Shown here one piece after another: positions 26,421-41,040 of a DNA stretch of 64,000 bases (positions are counted from its first letter, which is position 1; the number at the start of each line of letters is the position of its first letter). The notes under the pieces were generated by a model. The model did no database searches. It saw only the letters and a list, made by a program, of their open reading frames with translations, and had not been told where the DNA came from. The stretch is from the human T2T-CHM13v2.0 reference genome, Homo sapiens: NCBI RefSeq assembly GCF_009914755.1, contig NC_060945.1; one strand, given 5' to 3'. The position numbers and the translations under genes are program-made.

Positions 26421-29400
26421 TTTTAAAAATGAAAATACAGAGAGCACAGCAAACAACAATTCTCATCAGATGACATGCAAACTTAATGGCATTTTTATTT
26501 CACTTCTAGTATCTCTTTCTTCCTTTAAAGCTGTCTTCACAGATTGTTTTTTTCACACAAAAATTTTCTGATTGACCCTACTACCTAGTTTGCAAGCTGA
26601 GAATTCAAAATTTGTGGGAAAATGATATGGATTCAAGCTGAAGAGTTTCTTTGCAGATACTTTTCCCATTAAATTAAAAAAATGGTAAAATATGTGAAGT
26701 TTCTTTTAGGCTTTCTGATTTAGGCTCTAGGTTCCTTTGATTCTAGGAAGGAGAATATAAAAATTTTCATAGCTGCTTCGAATTTTTACTCTCCTTTCTA
26801 AAATAAAATAATATAAAGAAATCTTATGAAAAATGAATGAATTAAAATAGGCTGCCTTTTTATCATGAATATTTCTATTTAAAGTTGCATAGAAAGTCAT
26901 TGAAGTTTATTACGCTCGTTATGAGAAGAGGGTTAATGTCAGAAATTGAGAACTATGCAACAGTTTTTTAAATAAGTATTTTTAAGGCATTTAACCTATA
27001 TGCTAAGATTAAGTTTCCTTGTTATGATTTCACATTTACTAACTTGTTTATATAGATAACTTTTTTCTTCTGTGAGCCAACATATTTTAATTATTTCATT
27101 CATATTATAAAATATCATTTGCCTAATGATACAACAAATACAATTATTACAGATGTCAATGAGTTAAGATTTTCAAAATTTATGTCTTATTTTTACTGTG
27201 GCACTTAACCCTTCATTTAAATATCATTTCATTTTTTTCTTAAAATACCATGTTTCTTCAATGATTTCAGCATATCATATGCAAAAACTTTTGTTTAGAG
27301 AAACTCAGATGAATAATTATGTTCTCATTAAAATGCAACATCTGCAGACATGCTCCTAATTATCCTCCTATCGATTTTCTAGTTGTTTCAGAGAGTGCAA
27401 TGCCTTTCATCATTCTAGAATTAAAGAGTAATACTATTTTCAATTTCTGTAAAATATACGACACTATAAGATAGCTCGCATTCCATGCCACCGCATGGTC
27501 ACAAAAATAATTGCCTGGCAGTTTCCTCTCAAACTCTTCTATATAAAAATGTACAGAAGTATGGTTATTCAATCAAAAGAACACAAGTATAAAAGTTTTT
27601 GGCTGACTCCCTTCTGAACAGCCTCAGATTCATATCTGTAAATGGTAAAATCTACTTTAAAAGATCATTAATTTGTCTTCGCTTGAGAAGTAGTGAGTAC
27701 CAGTAAGCCTAAGTCATTTCACTGAGTCCTTGATCTAGCCTAGAATCTCTACTAAGAGTATTTCCTGAGATGTATTTTGACATTTAATGATATCAGTTCA
27801 CTTGAATATGTTCACAACATAAGTAAGACACTTCAGTTGAAACAAACTTCTAAGGAGTCCGTCTCATGCCTTTAGAGACGCATCTAGGAATAGCAGTTAG
27901 AACTCTGTAGCACACTGCAACAGTCACAGTCTAACATTTCTGACATAACTTAACTCCTCGAATCCTGGTCCTTTATAGCATTCTGGAAAGTTGGAGAGTT
28001 TTATAAATTTTTCTCCTTTGTTTTTTCTTTGTATTGTCATCAAAGACAATTGAGTTTGAAGATGGGGCACTTCAGTCAGATTCAACCCTTTACTTCTGGA
28101 ATGCTGCAAACAACACAAACTTCTGGGAACAAAATCCCTTTCAGTTTCATCAGTGAATCACATAATTGGTTCTTGAGGTTCAGAATATATTTATTATATA
28201 AAGACATTATTTAAAGACAACATGATTGCCATGCGTTACTCATTCATAGATTCCCTCTCCAGGACTTTTTTTTTGTCGAACAACAAAAGGTCTTTTGTGA
28301 CAGACAACAAATCACAAAACTGAACAACATGATTACCGTGAAATCACAAGGCACAAGATTAGTACACAGTGTTACAGAGCAAAATTATGGAGAAAGTTTT
28401 TCTTGATATAGTATGTTGTTTTATCTATAACACAAGTTATTTACTTCAATTTATTTTTGTTTTGTTCTATTATAAACTTTAATGTAAACGTTTGTTCAAC
28501 TTTTACCACAATGATTTAATCCATGAGATTCTTTCACGGTATCTATTTTAATTCAATTGTGCATGAGAACTTATATACATTCACTGATGCTATGTGATTA
28601 TGATTTTCTAGACTACGACCAAATTATTATTGAATATTTACAAAACTGTAATATTCGGAAAAGAAGAAATGCATGTGTGCCTTAAAAAGACACATAAATC
28701 ACATATTAATGAAAAACATACAACTAATTTTAGTAAACAAGACAGAATTAACTTTGAACTTAATTTTGTAAACTACGGTGAAAATACTCCCTTTAGTATC
28801 TTATGTGTAAAAATGCTATTTTTGTCCAAGCACAACAATATGTACAGTATGACAACATATGTTTCTTTATCATCACTGGAGCTGACTTGTTAAGCTGCCA
28901 ATGATTTCAATGGTAATGAGCAGGCAATTTCAGATCCAGTGCAAAAATTCACAAAACATTTTATACCTTTCCTTCTCAGAATGTTAAGCTAGACAATATG
29001 ATGGAGTTACTGAATGTGTCATATATGAGGCTGATTTCTCCAATGACATAACTATATAACTTGAGAATAATTAGAAGGGAGATTAATCACTTTGCTATTA
29101 CTTCAAAGTCACTTGTATGCAATAACGTATTGGAAGCAATACATTAAAAACCAAGACACTTTATGATATGAAAAATATCCAACCTTAATTTCATTTTTTC
29201 AAATTATAGCAATGAAAACACAAACTTACATAACTAAATATTGTATGACTGTACTAAAAGGAAACATATCTATAAACCCAATAAAGCATATATTTCCTTC
29301 TTTGCTACCATTCACCATGAGGTACGGTCATATCTTCTTTGTTCCTCAAGACAGCAGCGAAATACAGTACTCGTTAACTGAGGCAACCAAAACATCTAAT

Positions 29401-29580
29401 TTTTTTTCAGATGTTTATTAAACAGAGTTGAAGTGGTTTCACTACATAATTTACTGTACTAATTATCATAACTTAGAAATTTGCCAGTTGTCTTTTATGT
29501 ATATGTTTGACCTTCCCCTGTGAAATATATTCATGGAATATTTGTTTTTCTCGTAGGCTCTGCATTCTTAAAATTTATTT

Positions 29581-29877
29581 ATTTATTTAGTTAGTTAGTT
29601 AATTTTTCAGATGGAGTCTCACTCTGTCGCCCAGGCTGGAGTGCAGTGGCGCGATCTTGGCTCACTGCAAGTTGCACTTCCCGGTTTTAAGCAATTATCT
29701 GCTTCAGCCCCCAGAGTAGCTGGGATTACTAGCGCCTGGCTAATTTTTGTACTTTTAGTAGAGAAGGGGGTTTTAGCATCTTGGCCAGGCAGGTCTTGTG
29801 AGCTCTTGACCTCGTGATCCACCCGCCTTGGCCTCCCAAGGTGCTGAGATTACAGGTGTGAGCCACTGAGCCCAGCC
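29581..29877 (-). mobile_element. AluS (Sg/Sc-like) with small internal deletions
   Basis: Antisense Alu dimer; gacctcgtgatcc. Confidence 0.92.
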
Positions 29878-30404
29878 AAACTTATTTCTTAAATTAGCTG
29901 TCTAAATATCTATGAGAAAATAAAACTCAATTTAAAAAATAATAATTGAGCCTTACAATTATACAGCAAACTGTCTTTGTTGGTGGTGGTGATTATAAAA
30001 TATATCATTAATTATCTTTTAAAGCACACAGGCCATGGAAAATAAAACCGGAACAAATGTAGCATAAAAATTATTTTTTAGTTTTTTTTTTTATCACAGT
30101 CCATATGCAAGAAAAAGAGAAATGAAAAAAAACAAAAGAAAAACAAAAGAAAACCTTACCAAACACCACTTATATCTGAGACTGTTATAATTCATTTAGA
30201 AAACTGTATTCATGTACTTGGGGAAAGAAAACCATTGTATTCAGCAACATAAACATATACCCCCAGAATACGTTTATTTAATGCATTTTTATCCCCATTT
30301 AATTTGTTAATATTTGAGAGTTTACATTTAGATTTCCAATCTGGAGCATCTTTATAATCTATGAATGGGTTAAAACAATTTAGTTTCTTTTTCCGGATTA
30401 GTAA

Positions 30405-30525
30405 TTGCTCCTAGACTATGAACTTCATAATGGCTGTGGCTTTCTTTTTATATTCTGTTTGCTAACAAAATCCCAGGAACTGAAACATTCCCAGATACGT
30501 AGTAAGTGCTCAATAAATATTTGTT
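30405..30525 (+). mobile_element. L2 3' end
   Basis: ctagactatgaacttc...tagtaagtgctcaataaatatttgtt. Confidence 0.75.
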
Positions 30526-30814
30526 AAGAGTACTGTATTCTTTTTACAATGTCCAACATGTACGATTCCATCTCTTACAATAAAACTGAATGAAAGGTTA
30601 TTGCAACACAAGCTATGGAACTTTTCCACCTCTTGTTTATAACATGCCCATTATTTAAAACTACATGATTTTCCAGAATATTTTTGTGCATTTTCTCCTA
30701 TATCTTATGCCCTTATAAAAAAGAAAGAATACTGTTTATAAAAAACTAATATTTCAAACTAATATTTCACATATGGCGTGCAGATTATACTGTTTCTTTC
30801 AATGAAAACATTTA

Positions 30815-31166
<352 letters not shown>

Positions 31167-32998
31167 TTAATAAGTCAATCAGTAGTTAAGAAACAAAAAT
31201 CAATAATGCTTTTGTTAGGGTAGTAATAAATATAAAATGCAACAGAGGGAATTGCACTCACTGTAAAAACTAAAAAATACTAGGAAATGATGAAAACTAC
31301 ATCGTTAGTATGGTAAGGAAGCTAAAACATTTATTAAAAGAAAAATATAATTGTAACATGTTTTGAAAACAGAAGTATGTAATGCTATCATGGTATTCAT
31401 GGAAACATGACTTGCTGGAAGTTCTACTTAGATGGGTGAGGCTTGGACCCATCCAGGAGCACATCACGATGAGCACAGGATCTTTGGATGGATCATCTTG
31501 AAGTATTTAGCATGCTATTCATCTTTTTTTTCTTTCCTTATTTTTCACCCAAAAGATAAATAATCAAGGACATCAACAAAATGTTCACAATAGATGAAAT
31601 GCTCATGACGGAAGGTAAAATGTTTAAAACTTATCATTTATGTGTCTCACATTAGCAAAAAGAAATGTTAAAATGAAATCCTCGGTGCTGATAAGGATGT
31701 GTTGAACAGACAATTTAAAATAACAGATAACACTGCCTATATCATGTATATTAATAAAGATTTTGAAGGAACGTGTCACTGAGACTATGCAATTCTATCA
31801 TACTCTTTAACATAGCAACATTGAAGATGGGACTCTGTCACTGCGGCAATTTGGATATAAATAAAGTTTATCACAGCGTATTTGATAATAGAGGGAAAAA
31901 CTGGGGGAAAAAACATTAGCCAAGAATGGTGTGTTACATTAAAAAAATGAAGATCACAGAGATAACTTAAAAAGAATGGAAAATTGCTAATACATACTAT
32001 TATTATGCTGTTCACTAACAAAACTCTAGAAACTGGAACATTCCCAGATATGCAGTAAATGCTTTATAAACATGATAAATGTGATAAAAGAGTGGAAGCA
32101 CCTTTTACCTGTGGTTTCTTTATAATTATGTTTTGGAGTTACAGTTGCTATTCCCACCATCACTGGACATTTTACTTGAGAATTTCACAAGGACTGCCCG
32201 TCAATATATAAAAGTACTAGGTTTCCTTAACATGAGAGGGCAATTGTCCATGAATATCTAATACATGCAGGTCTCTTTGTTATTTACTTTAGTTGCAAAA
32301 CCTAGCCATTTGGATGGCCAAGTAACCAACGGTCATCGAGTCCTAACCAAATAGAATAGAAAATAATGGGAATCGGTAAGCAAGTTCCACTTATTTGCTT
32401 TCTCCATGGAAAATAAATGTAACAGTATCTATTGTGTCTGAATATACAACGTAGTCAATGAAAGGTCTTCATTGGGGTTGATAATTGTTGCTTTCAACTT
32501 GCTCAATAGGGAAATGTGGCTGGTGAACACCATGCTCTCACCATCCTACACAAAGTGTTAAATTCTCCACTTTCCTTAGGGTAACAGAAGAAACATGTAA
32601 AAAAAAAATAACTGTCTGTGTTAGGCCATTCTTGCATTACTAAAGAGTTCCCAAAACTGGGTAATTTATAAAGAAAGTAAACTTAATTGGCTCATGCTTC
32701 TGCAGGCTTTACAGAAAACATGGTTCTGGTATCTGCTCAGCTTCTGAGAAGGCTTCAGGAAGCTTACAATTGTGGCAGAAGGCAAAGAGGGAGCAGGCAT
32801 AACAGAAGCAACAGAGAGAGAGAGAAAAAAAAAAGAAAGGGAGGGAGAGGGGGAACAGGGTGAGGAAGGTACCACACCAAAATCAGATCTTATGAGAACT
32901 CACTCGCTATTGCAAAGACAGCACCAAGCCATGCAGGCTGTGCCTCCATGATCCAAACACCTCCCACCTAGCCCCACCTCCATTACTGGGGATCACAT

Positions 32999-34258
32999 TG
33001 TGTCCGGAATTGGTGGGTTCTTGGTCTCACTGACTTCAAGAATGAAGCCGCGGACCCTTGCGGTGAGTGTTAACAGCTCTTAAGTTGGTGCGTCTGGAGT
33101 TTGTTCCTTCTGATGTTCGGATGTGTTCGGAGTTTCTTCCTTCTGGTGGGTTCATGGTCTCGATGGCTCAGGAGTGCAGCTGCAGACCTTCCCGGTGAGT
33201 GTTACAGCTCATAAAAGCAGTGTGGACCCAAAGAGTGAGCAGTAGCAAGATTTATTGCAAAGAGCGAAAGAACAAAGCTTCCACAGTGTGGAAGGGGACC
33301 CGAGCAGGTTGCCACTGCTGGCTCGGGCAGCCTGCTTTTATTCTCTTATCTGGCCCCACCCACAACCTGCTGATTGATAGAGCTGAGTGGTCTGTTTTGA
33401 CAGGGCGCTGATTGGTGCGTTTACAATCCCTGAGCTAGACACAAAGGTTCTCCAAGTCCCCACCAGAGTAGCTAGATACAGAGTGTGGATTGGTGCATTC
33501 ACAAACCCTGAGCTAGACACAGGGTGCTGACTGGTGTGTTTACAAACCTTGAGCTAGATACAGAGTGCCGACTGGTGTATTTACAATCCCTGAGCTAGAC
33601 ATAAAGGTTCTCCACGTCCCCACCAGACCCAGGAGCCCAGCTGGCTTCACCCAGTGGATCCCACACCGGGGCTGCAGGTGGAGCTGCCTGCCAGTCCCCC
33701 GCAGTGCACCCGCACTCCTCAGCCCTTGGATGGTCGATAGGACTGGGCGCCATGAAGCAGGGGGCGGCGCTCATCAGGGAGGCTCGGGCCGCACAGGAGC
33801 CCACGGAGAGGGTGGGAGGCTCAGGCATGGCGGGCTGCAGGTCCCGAGCCCTGCCCCGCGGGAAGGCAGCTAAGGCCCGGTGAGAAATCGAGCGCAGCGC
33901 CGGGACCCAGTACACCCTCCGCAGCCGCTGGCCCGGGTGCTAAGCCCCTCATTGCCCGGGGCCAGCAGGGCCGGCCGGCTGCTCCGAGTGTGGGGCCCGC
34001 CAAGCCCACGCCCACCCGGAACTCCAGCTGGCCCGCAAGCGCCATGCACAGCCCTGGTTCCCACTCACGCCTCTCCTTCCACACCTCCCTGCAAGCTGAA
34101 GGAGCCGGCTCCGGCCTTGGCCAGCCCAGAAAGGGCCTCCCACAGTGCAGCGGTGGGCTGAAGGGCTCCTCAAGTGCCGCCAAAGGGAGAGCCCAGGCAG
34201 AGGAGGCGCCAAGAGCAAGCGAGGGCTGTGAGGACTGCCAGCACGCTGTCACCTCTGA
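32999..34258 (-). mobile_element. LTR12C (HERV9) solo LTR, CpG-rich
   Basis: tgtgtccggaattggtggg...gcacgctgtcacctctga; ~40-bp gctaga repeat array; perfect 4-bp TSD acat (32995-32998, 34259-34262). Confidence 0.97.
33251..33610 (-). promoter_or_regulatory. LTR12C promoter/enhancer core (CCAAT array, GC box, AATAAA TATA-like box, polyA signal)
   Basis: ATTGG at 33411 and 33489; ggccccaccc box; TTTATT at 33337-33342 (TATA-like) and 33251-33256 (polyA signal). Confidence 0.7.
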
Positions 34259-37200
34259 ACATTTGAACATGAGATTTGGGCAGAGACAAATGTCCAAACA
34301 ATACTACTATCTTCTAGTATGTATTTCCTCCAATGGGTGAACATTTTGGTGGAGTAGTTCACTATGTTATTTTATGCAGGAATGTGGGGGAATTATCACA
34401 GTTATTTTTCTGAAACATATATTTTACTTAAAATATTTTAAAAAAGAGAATTGCAAATCAAATTCAACAGGAGTTTTCTCTCTTTGAGAAGGCATTGAAA
34501 TCATAAGTAGCTATGAGCGGTTTCTTTATGCTTTACTGTACTTTTCAAATTTTATATGCTGAACACATATTGTTGTGAAATTCAGGAAAAAAGGAGAGTT
34601 TATAGAAAATAAATAGATTCATACATTCATAGGACAAAAATTGGTTCTTAGCCAATAAATATATTAATATCTTAGGCATAGCTTCTTCATACTGTTTCAT
34701 AATTGATAACTACCTGAGGTTTCCAAAAAATGACATTCAAATAACTTTTAAACATAAAGTTTTTGGGAAGTAGAGAATATTATTATTTCATATAAAAATA
34801 AATGCCTTTAAAATAAATATATAACTAATAAAATCATTTTGCATTTATGTCTGTATTATCAAAAGTTTGGAATAGAAATACATGTATGGATTTTGAACTC
34901 AACCCTATTTATATCTTCTTAAAAATATGTTAAGGAAACCAAGGAAATAAGTAGCTGTTTGTTTTCCCAAAATCCCTTTTTAACAATGATTGGTGATCAC
35001 AACTTTTTCTTTTTTTATTATTATCATTGTTTTATTTGTGTGTATGGTTCCATACGTGCACCTGTGCACGCACATGCATGTTTTAGTCTGTATACTATTA
35101 AACATTCAAATGGATTGAAAACATAGCTTTGATTTTTTTTTATCTCAGTTTTGGTAGGAAAACAAACTGAAGTACTAACTGGTAAAATGATTTTTAATGG
35201 AACATTTTAAAATGATGTTTGGAAAATAAGTGAGATTTTTACAGTCAATGTAATTCCTGGCATCCAGGGAATATACTGAATAGGGAAGAATTTCCCAGGG
35301 TAAACTTTGTGACATGAAGAAGGACCTCCCTTTTGGAATTTAGGAGGAAAACTGGGCTCAATTAAATTATGTATATGTTATGCAAAGAGGATAATTATCT
35401 TGCTCATTTCCATTACTGCTTGGAATTGTAGCAGTTTCTCTTTCTACCACAGTTGAAGATGAATGGGAATGTTGCCTTAATCATTTTCATATTTGAAGAC
35501 CCTTCTTTTCCTTCCATGCTGGCAGCTCTGCCTTAGGTTGGTAATGTCTGTGCCTGTCCAGATGCACAATATGATCAACAGAGGCAAACGCATTTGTTTG
35601 ATTAAACAGAATAAATGAGGTGCCAATAATCTTTCTAGTTTTCTGGCCCTCAGCTGTTATTTATAAGCATTCTGCTTGTGCTGTCATTATTGCATGTCAA
35701 TGCCAGAAAATGTTTATTTTTAATAAATAGCATAATGGTATGTAAAAGCTCACAGAGAAAACAAATATTGAAACAATTCTAATATTCAGATAATACTTAC
35801 TCTGTCATATATTGACAGCTGTTAGACTTTTGACAAGATTATAAATCCCTGTCAAACTTGTCAATAAGTATTGACCAAGTTAACTTTGTCAAGAATCTCC
35901 ATTAGCAAATATGTCAGGAAACTTCCACAAATATAGTCATTCAAAGATGTATTTTATATCTTCAAAGCAAGATGATGTTACAAAGGTAAATATAGGAGTT
36001 TTCAAGGGACACTTTAGCCTTTGAACTTAGACCTTAGTCTTTGAGTGCTAAAGAATTCTTGCCAATTGCAGAAATGTTATTTGTTGTGGAAAGTAAAATA
36101 ACTGAAGGGATTTTATTAATGGAACTTAAAGGTACAGTCGGTTGATTTGAAGGAAGTAAATAAGTGACATTTCCTATCACATGATGAATGTCCAATTAAA
36201 CCTCAAAAGTATTTAAGACAAAGGGATTAAAATAACTATAGTTACAATAATTTGATAATGGATGCATGATATAAAAATGTAAATTGAGACATCACCAACA
36301 TAAAATGTGAGGGGAAGGGAAGTTAAAATGTAGATGATTTTTGTACATAGTTGAAGTTGTTCTCAGCATAATATAGACCATCACAATTATTAAATGTTTT
36401 ACATAAGCCACATAATATCCACAAAGGAAATAAGAAAACCTAAGAGTAGAGACATGAAAAATAAAGAAAAGGGAAATGAAGCATATAACCACAAATCACA
36501 ATAGACTACAGCAACAGAGGAAGAGTAAAACAAATGGCTTGTGAAATAGAAAACAATTAACAAACTGACATTGGTAAGCCCTTGCCTGTTTATCAGTAGT
36601 TACTTTAAAATAAATGAAACAAATTTTCCAATCAAAAGACATAGGTTGGCTGAATTGATTTAAAAAACAAACAAAAGTAAGATCAAACTCTATGCTGTCT
36701 ACAAGGGATTCACTTTAGTTTTAAGGATACACATAGGCTGAAAGTGAAGGGACTGAAAAAGATACTTTGTGCAAACAGTAACCAAAAGAGAAGAGGTAAG
36801 ATTATACCTCTATCAGACAAAACAGACTTTAAGTTAAAAACTGTCCAAAGTAACAAAAAGGTCATTATGTAAAGATAAAATGGTCAGTTTCTTAAGAGGA
36901 TATCGTAATGTTACGATGTATGTAGCCCACACTGGAACTACTAAATATATAAAGCAAATATTAACAGAAATGTAAGCAGAAACCAGAAGCAATAAAATAA
37001 TAGTGGAGAACTTTAGCATTCAACAATAGATAAATCATCCAGACAGAAAATCAATAAGGAAACAGTGAACACCAATAACTCTGTAGTCCATATAACTCTA
37101 TAGTCCAAAAGTATACAAAACATTACATACGACAGCAGCAGAATACCCATTATTTTCAGGAACAACTGAACATTCTGCAAGATAGACCAAATGTTAGTCC

Positions 37201-40042
37201 ACCAAACAAGTCTTAACAAATTCAAGAAGATTGAAATTGTATCAAGTTTATATTCTGACTACAATGGTATGAATCTAGAAATCAGCAACAGGAAGAAAAT
37301 TGGAAAATTCACAAATATGTGAAAATTAAAACAATATGTTCCTGATCGAACCAATGGATCAAAAATATCAGAAGGAAAATTTTTAAAATTATATTTTGAG
37401 ATAAATGAAAATTGAAATACATATCAAATCTTATGGAATGCAACAAAAGCAGTTTTAAGTGAAAAGTTTTTAATGATAAATGCCTACAATCAGAAAGAAA
37501 AAATATCTCAAATAACCTGAAATTACAGACTAAGCCAAGATTCAGAAGAAAGACAATAATAAAGACCAGAGAAAAAAATTAATAAAATTGACGCTAGAAA
37601 AACTACAAAAATGTAAATTGAAGAAAGAGCTAATTTTTCAAAAAGATAAACAAAATTGACATAACTTTAGCTAAAGTTAAAAAAGAACAACAGAAGATTA
37701 CATCAAATAAAATTAGAAATGGAAGAAGAGACAGCACAATGATACCACAGCAACACAAAAGATCATAAGAGACTGCTATGAACAATTACATGCCAACAAA
37801 TTGGATGACCTAGAAGAAATTGATAAATTCATATAAACATAAAACTTAGCAAAACTGAATCATAAAGACTTAGAAAATCTGAACAGAACAATGATGAGTA
37901 AAGAGATCAAATCAGTAATCAGAAAACTTCCAACAAAGATAAGCCCAGAGCCTGATGGCTTCACTGGTAAATTCTGCCAAACATATAACAAAAATTAATA
38001 TCAATCCTTCTTAAACTCTTCCAAAAAAGTAAAGAGAAAGGAACACTTTTAAACTCATTTTATGAGGATGGAATTAGTCTAATACCAAACCAAGACAAGG
38101 AGATAGCCCAGAAAAGAAAATTTATAGGCAATATCCCTGACAACAATGAATGCAAAAAATCCTCAACAAAAGTTAGCAAATTAACTTCAATATCACATTG
38201 AAAGCATCATACACTGTGATAAATTAAGATTTATCTTGGGATTCAAAGATGGTTTCACATAGACAAAAGAATAAATATGATACATCAATTCAACAGAATC
38301 AAGGATAAAAAGCATGCAATCATCCCAATAGACACAGAAAATAGCATTTGACAAAATTTAACATCCTCTGTCTCACACACACAAAAAAGCCTCTTCTCCA
38401 ATTAGGTACAGAAGACGTTTATCTCAATAAAGAAAGTACTATATATGATAAGCCCACAGCTAATACTAATAATTAACAGTGAAAAGCTAAAAGCTTTTTC
38501 TATAAGATTAGGAACAAGACAAGAATGTTCATTCTTAATCACTTCTATTCAATATAGAACTGTAAGGCATAGTCAGAGCAATTATGTAAGAGAAATAAAT
38601 AAAAGGCATTCAAATTAGAAAGGAAGAAGTAAAATTACCTATTTGTAGATAACATGATCTTATATATGCAAAACCCTGTAGATTCCAACAAAAAACTGTT
38701 AAAACTAATAAACAAATTCAATAAAGTTGCAGAATACAAAATCAACATACAAAAATAAGTAGCATTTACATAGCAGTAACAACAAGCTATTCAGAAAAGA
38801 AATTAAGAAAACAATCCCACTTACAAAAGCTGCAAAGTTAAGATACATAGGAATAAACTTTTTGAAGGAGATGAAAGATCTTTACACTGAAAACCAAAAA
38901 ACATTGATGAAAAAAATCGAAGAAGACATAAACAAATGGAAAGGTATCCTCTTTTCATGAACTTGAAGACTCATTATTGTTAAGAGATCCATACTTCCCA
39001 AAGTGATCTACAGCTTTAAAAGCAATCCTTAATAAAATTACAATAAAATTTTTCAGAGAAATAGAAAACACTATCCTAAATTTTATATAACACCATGAAA
39101 GACCATTTCATGGTCAAAGTGGAAAAAAATCCTGGCGACAGGACAGTATCTGATGTTAAAATATGCTCTAAAACCATAATAATTAAACTGGCATGATACT
39201 GGCATAAAGATAAACATAGGACCAACGGAACAGAATAGAAAGCCCAGAAATAAATCCATGCATTCACAGTCAACTGATCTTCAATAAAGATGTCAAGAAC
39301 ACACAATGAAGAAAGAAATGTCTTCAATAAATAGTATTGGGAAAATACACTATCCACATGGACAGGAATGAAATGAAATTCTTATCTGACATTATGAACA
39401 AAAATCAATTCAAAATAGATTAATCCTTAAAAGTTTTGAAGTTGTAAAACTACTAGAAGAAAACAGGGGAAATCTTCTTAACATTGATCTGGGCAATAAT
39501 TTTTAAAACATGGCCCCAAAAGCACATGTGACAAATGTAAAAAATAGAGAAATGAAATCACACAAAATTAAATAGCTCTGTACAGCAAAGGAAACAATAA
39601 ACAGAATAAAAAGACAACCTACAAAATAGAAGAAAATATTTGGAAATCATACATCTGATAAGTGGTTAATATTCAAAATGTATAACTTCAATAGCACATT
39701 GAACTCAATTCAGTAAGGAAACCAATAACTGGATTTTAAATGGGCAAAGGTCCTGAACAGACATTGCTCAAAAGAAGAGATCATGATGGCCAACAGGTAT
39801 ATGATAAAATGGTCAATATTCTTAATCATCAGGGAAATGAAAAATAAAACCATGATGAGATATCACTGCACCCTAGTCAGAATGACTATTAGACAAAATA
39901 TTGAGAATATAGAGGAAAATTAATCCCTACTCACAGTTGTTGAGAAGGTAAAGTAGTATGGCCATAATGGAAAACAGTATGGAGATTTACAGAAAGGAAA
40001 AGAAAAGTAGAACTACAATATGATCTAGCATTTCCATTTTTG

Positions 40043-40044
<2 letters not shown>

Positions 40045-40075
<31 letters not shown>
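40045..40075. repeat. (TA)n microsatellite
   Basis: Directly visible. Confidence 0.95.
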
Positions 40076-40080
<5 letters not shown>

Positions 40081-40213
40081 GAAATCAGTATGTTGAATAG
40101 ATATCTGCATTCCTGTCCTCTGTCCTCCTGTGTTCATTGCAGCATTATGCACAATAACCAAGATATGAAATCCAACTGTTTATCAATAAATGAAGGAATA
40201 AGGAAAATGTAGT

Positions 40214-40215
<2 letters not shown>

Positions 40216-40246
<31 letters not shown>
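40216..40246. repeat. (CA)n microsatellite
   Basis: Directly visible. Confidence 0.95.
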
Positions 40247-40247
<1 letters not shown>

Positions 40248-40749
40248 CTGATTAGTCCTCAGACTTTTAAAAGGAGGCAATCTTCTCATGTGTGATAACA
40301 TGGATGAACCTGGAAGACATTATGCTAAGTAAAGTTAACCACGAACAGAAAGGTGAATATTGTATTATCTTATTTACATATGGAATCCAAAATAGTAGAT
40401 TCAATAGCAGCAGAGAGTAAAATAGTGGTGGCCAGAGGCTGAGGGCATCAGTGGGTGGGGGAGTACATCAGCAGATGTTGGCTAAAGGGTACAATGTTTT
40501 AGTTAGCATAAATAAGTTTTAAAGATCTATTGTAAAGCATTGTGACTATAGTTAATAACGTAATATATACTTCAAATTGCATAGGGAGTCGATTTTATGT
40601 GTTCTAACTATACACACACACAAGTATGTGAGATGATTATGCTAATCAGCTTTGTTTAATAATTTCATTATACATACATCAAACATCATATTTAATATAT
40701 AATAATTAATTTAAATTATACCTTAATAAATGTGGGAATTTTTTAAAAA

Positions 40750-41040
40750 TGTGTCTATTTCTGGGTTTTCTATACTACTACATTGATCCTTGTTTCTACT
40801 CTGTCAGTACTACTTTGTCTTATTACAATTATGTAATAAGGCTTGACATAAAATAGAATGACCCCTTTTACTTTATTCTTTTGAAGATTGTTTTAGCAAT
40901 CCTGGGGCTCATACTTTTACAAATAAATGATAGATATAATTTGTGTCAACAAATGTTCTTGCTGGAATTTTGCTAGGAATTACATTAAGTGTGAAGATCA
41001 ATTTGAGAAGCACTGATATCTTTTCTTTGCTAAGTTCCCG
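40750..41040 (-). mobile_element. L1M (L1MC-like) antisense ORF2 fragment
   Basis: gtctatttctgggttttctat...aagattgttttagc...cttgctggaattttg. Confidence 0.7.

Larger units (their letters stand above)
32617..34306 (-). mobile_element. MSTB MaLR LTR split by LTR12C (32617-32998 and 34259-34306)
   Basis: tgtgttaggccattcttgcatt...ggggatcacat|ttgaacatgagatttggg; TSD ctgtc/ctatc. Confidence 0.9.
36225..40738 (+). mobile_element. L1MA8/9-like LINE: inter-ORF region, degenerate ORF2 and 3'UTR (~4.5 kb)
   Basis: Colinear EN-RT relic (ctatttgtagataacatgatcttatat, decayed FADD motif at ~38640); 3' end aattataccttaataaa. Confidence 0.9.

Noticed and set aside
27924-28214. Short ORFs in a unique-looking region as possible exons
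   Set aside because: No recognisable homology and no convincing splice-site pair
31425-31500. Imperfect hairpin (gacccatccagga / tctttggatggatc) as possible small RNA
   Set aside because: Short imperfect stem; no snoRNA, tRNA or miRNA hallmarks recognised
33420-33610. ~40-bp periodic repeats superficially like a CRISPR array
   Set aside because: Known ERV9 LTR enhancer repeats in eukaryotic DNA; no unique spacers or cas genes
33565-34340. Multiple overlapping 60-160 aa ORFs
   Set aside because: Expected from GC-rich LTR12C sequence; no recognisable protein family
36565-40400. Possible intact L1 ORF2
   Set aside because: Many stops and frameshifts; no long plus-strand ORF in the track
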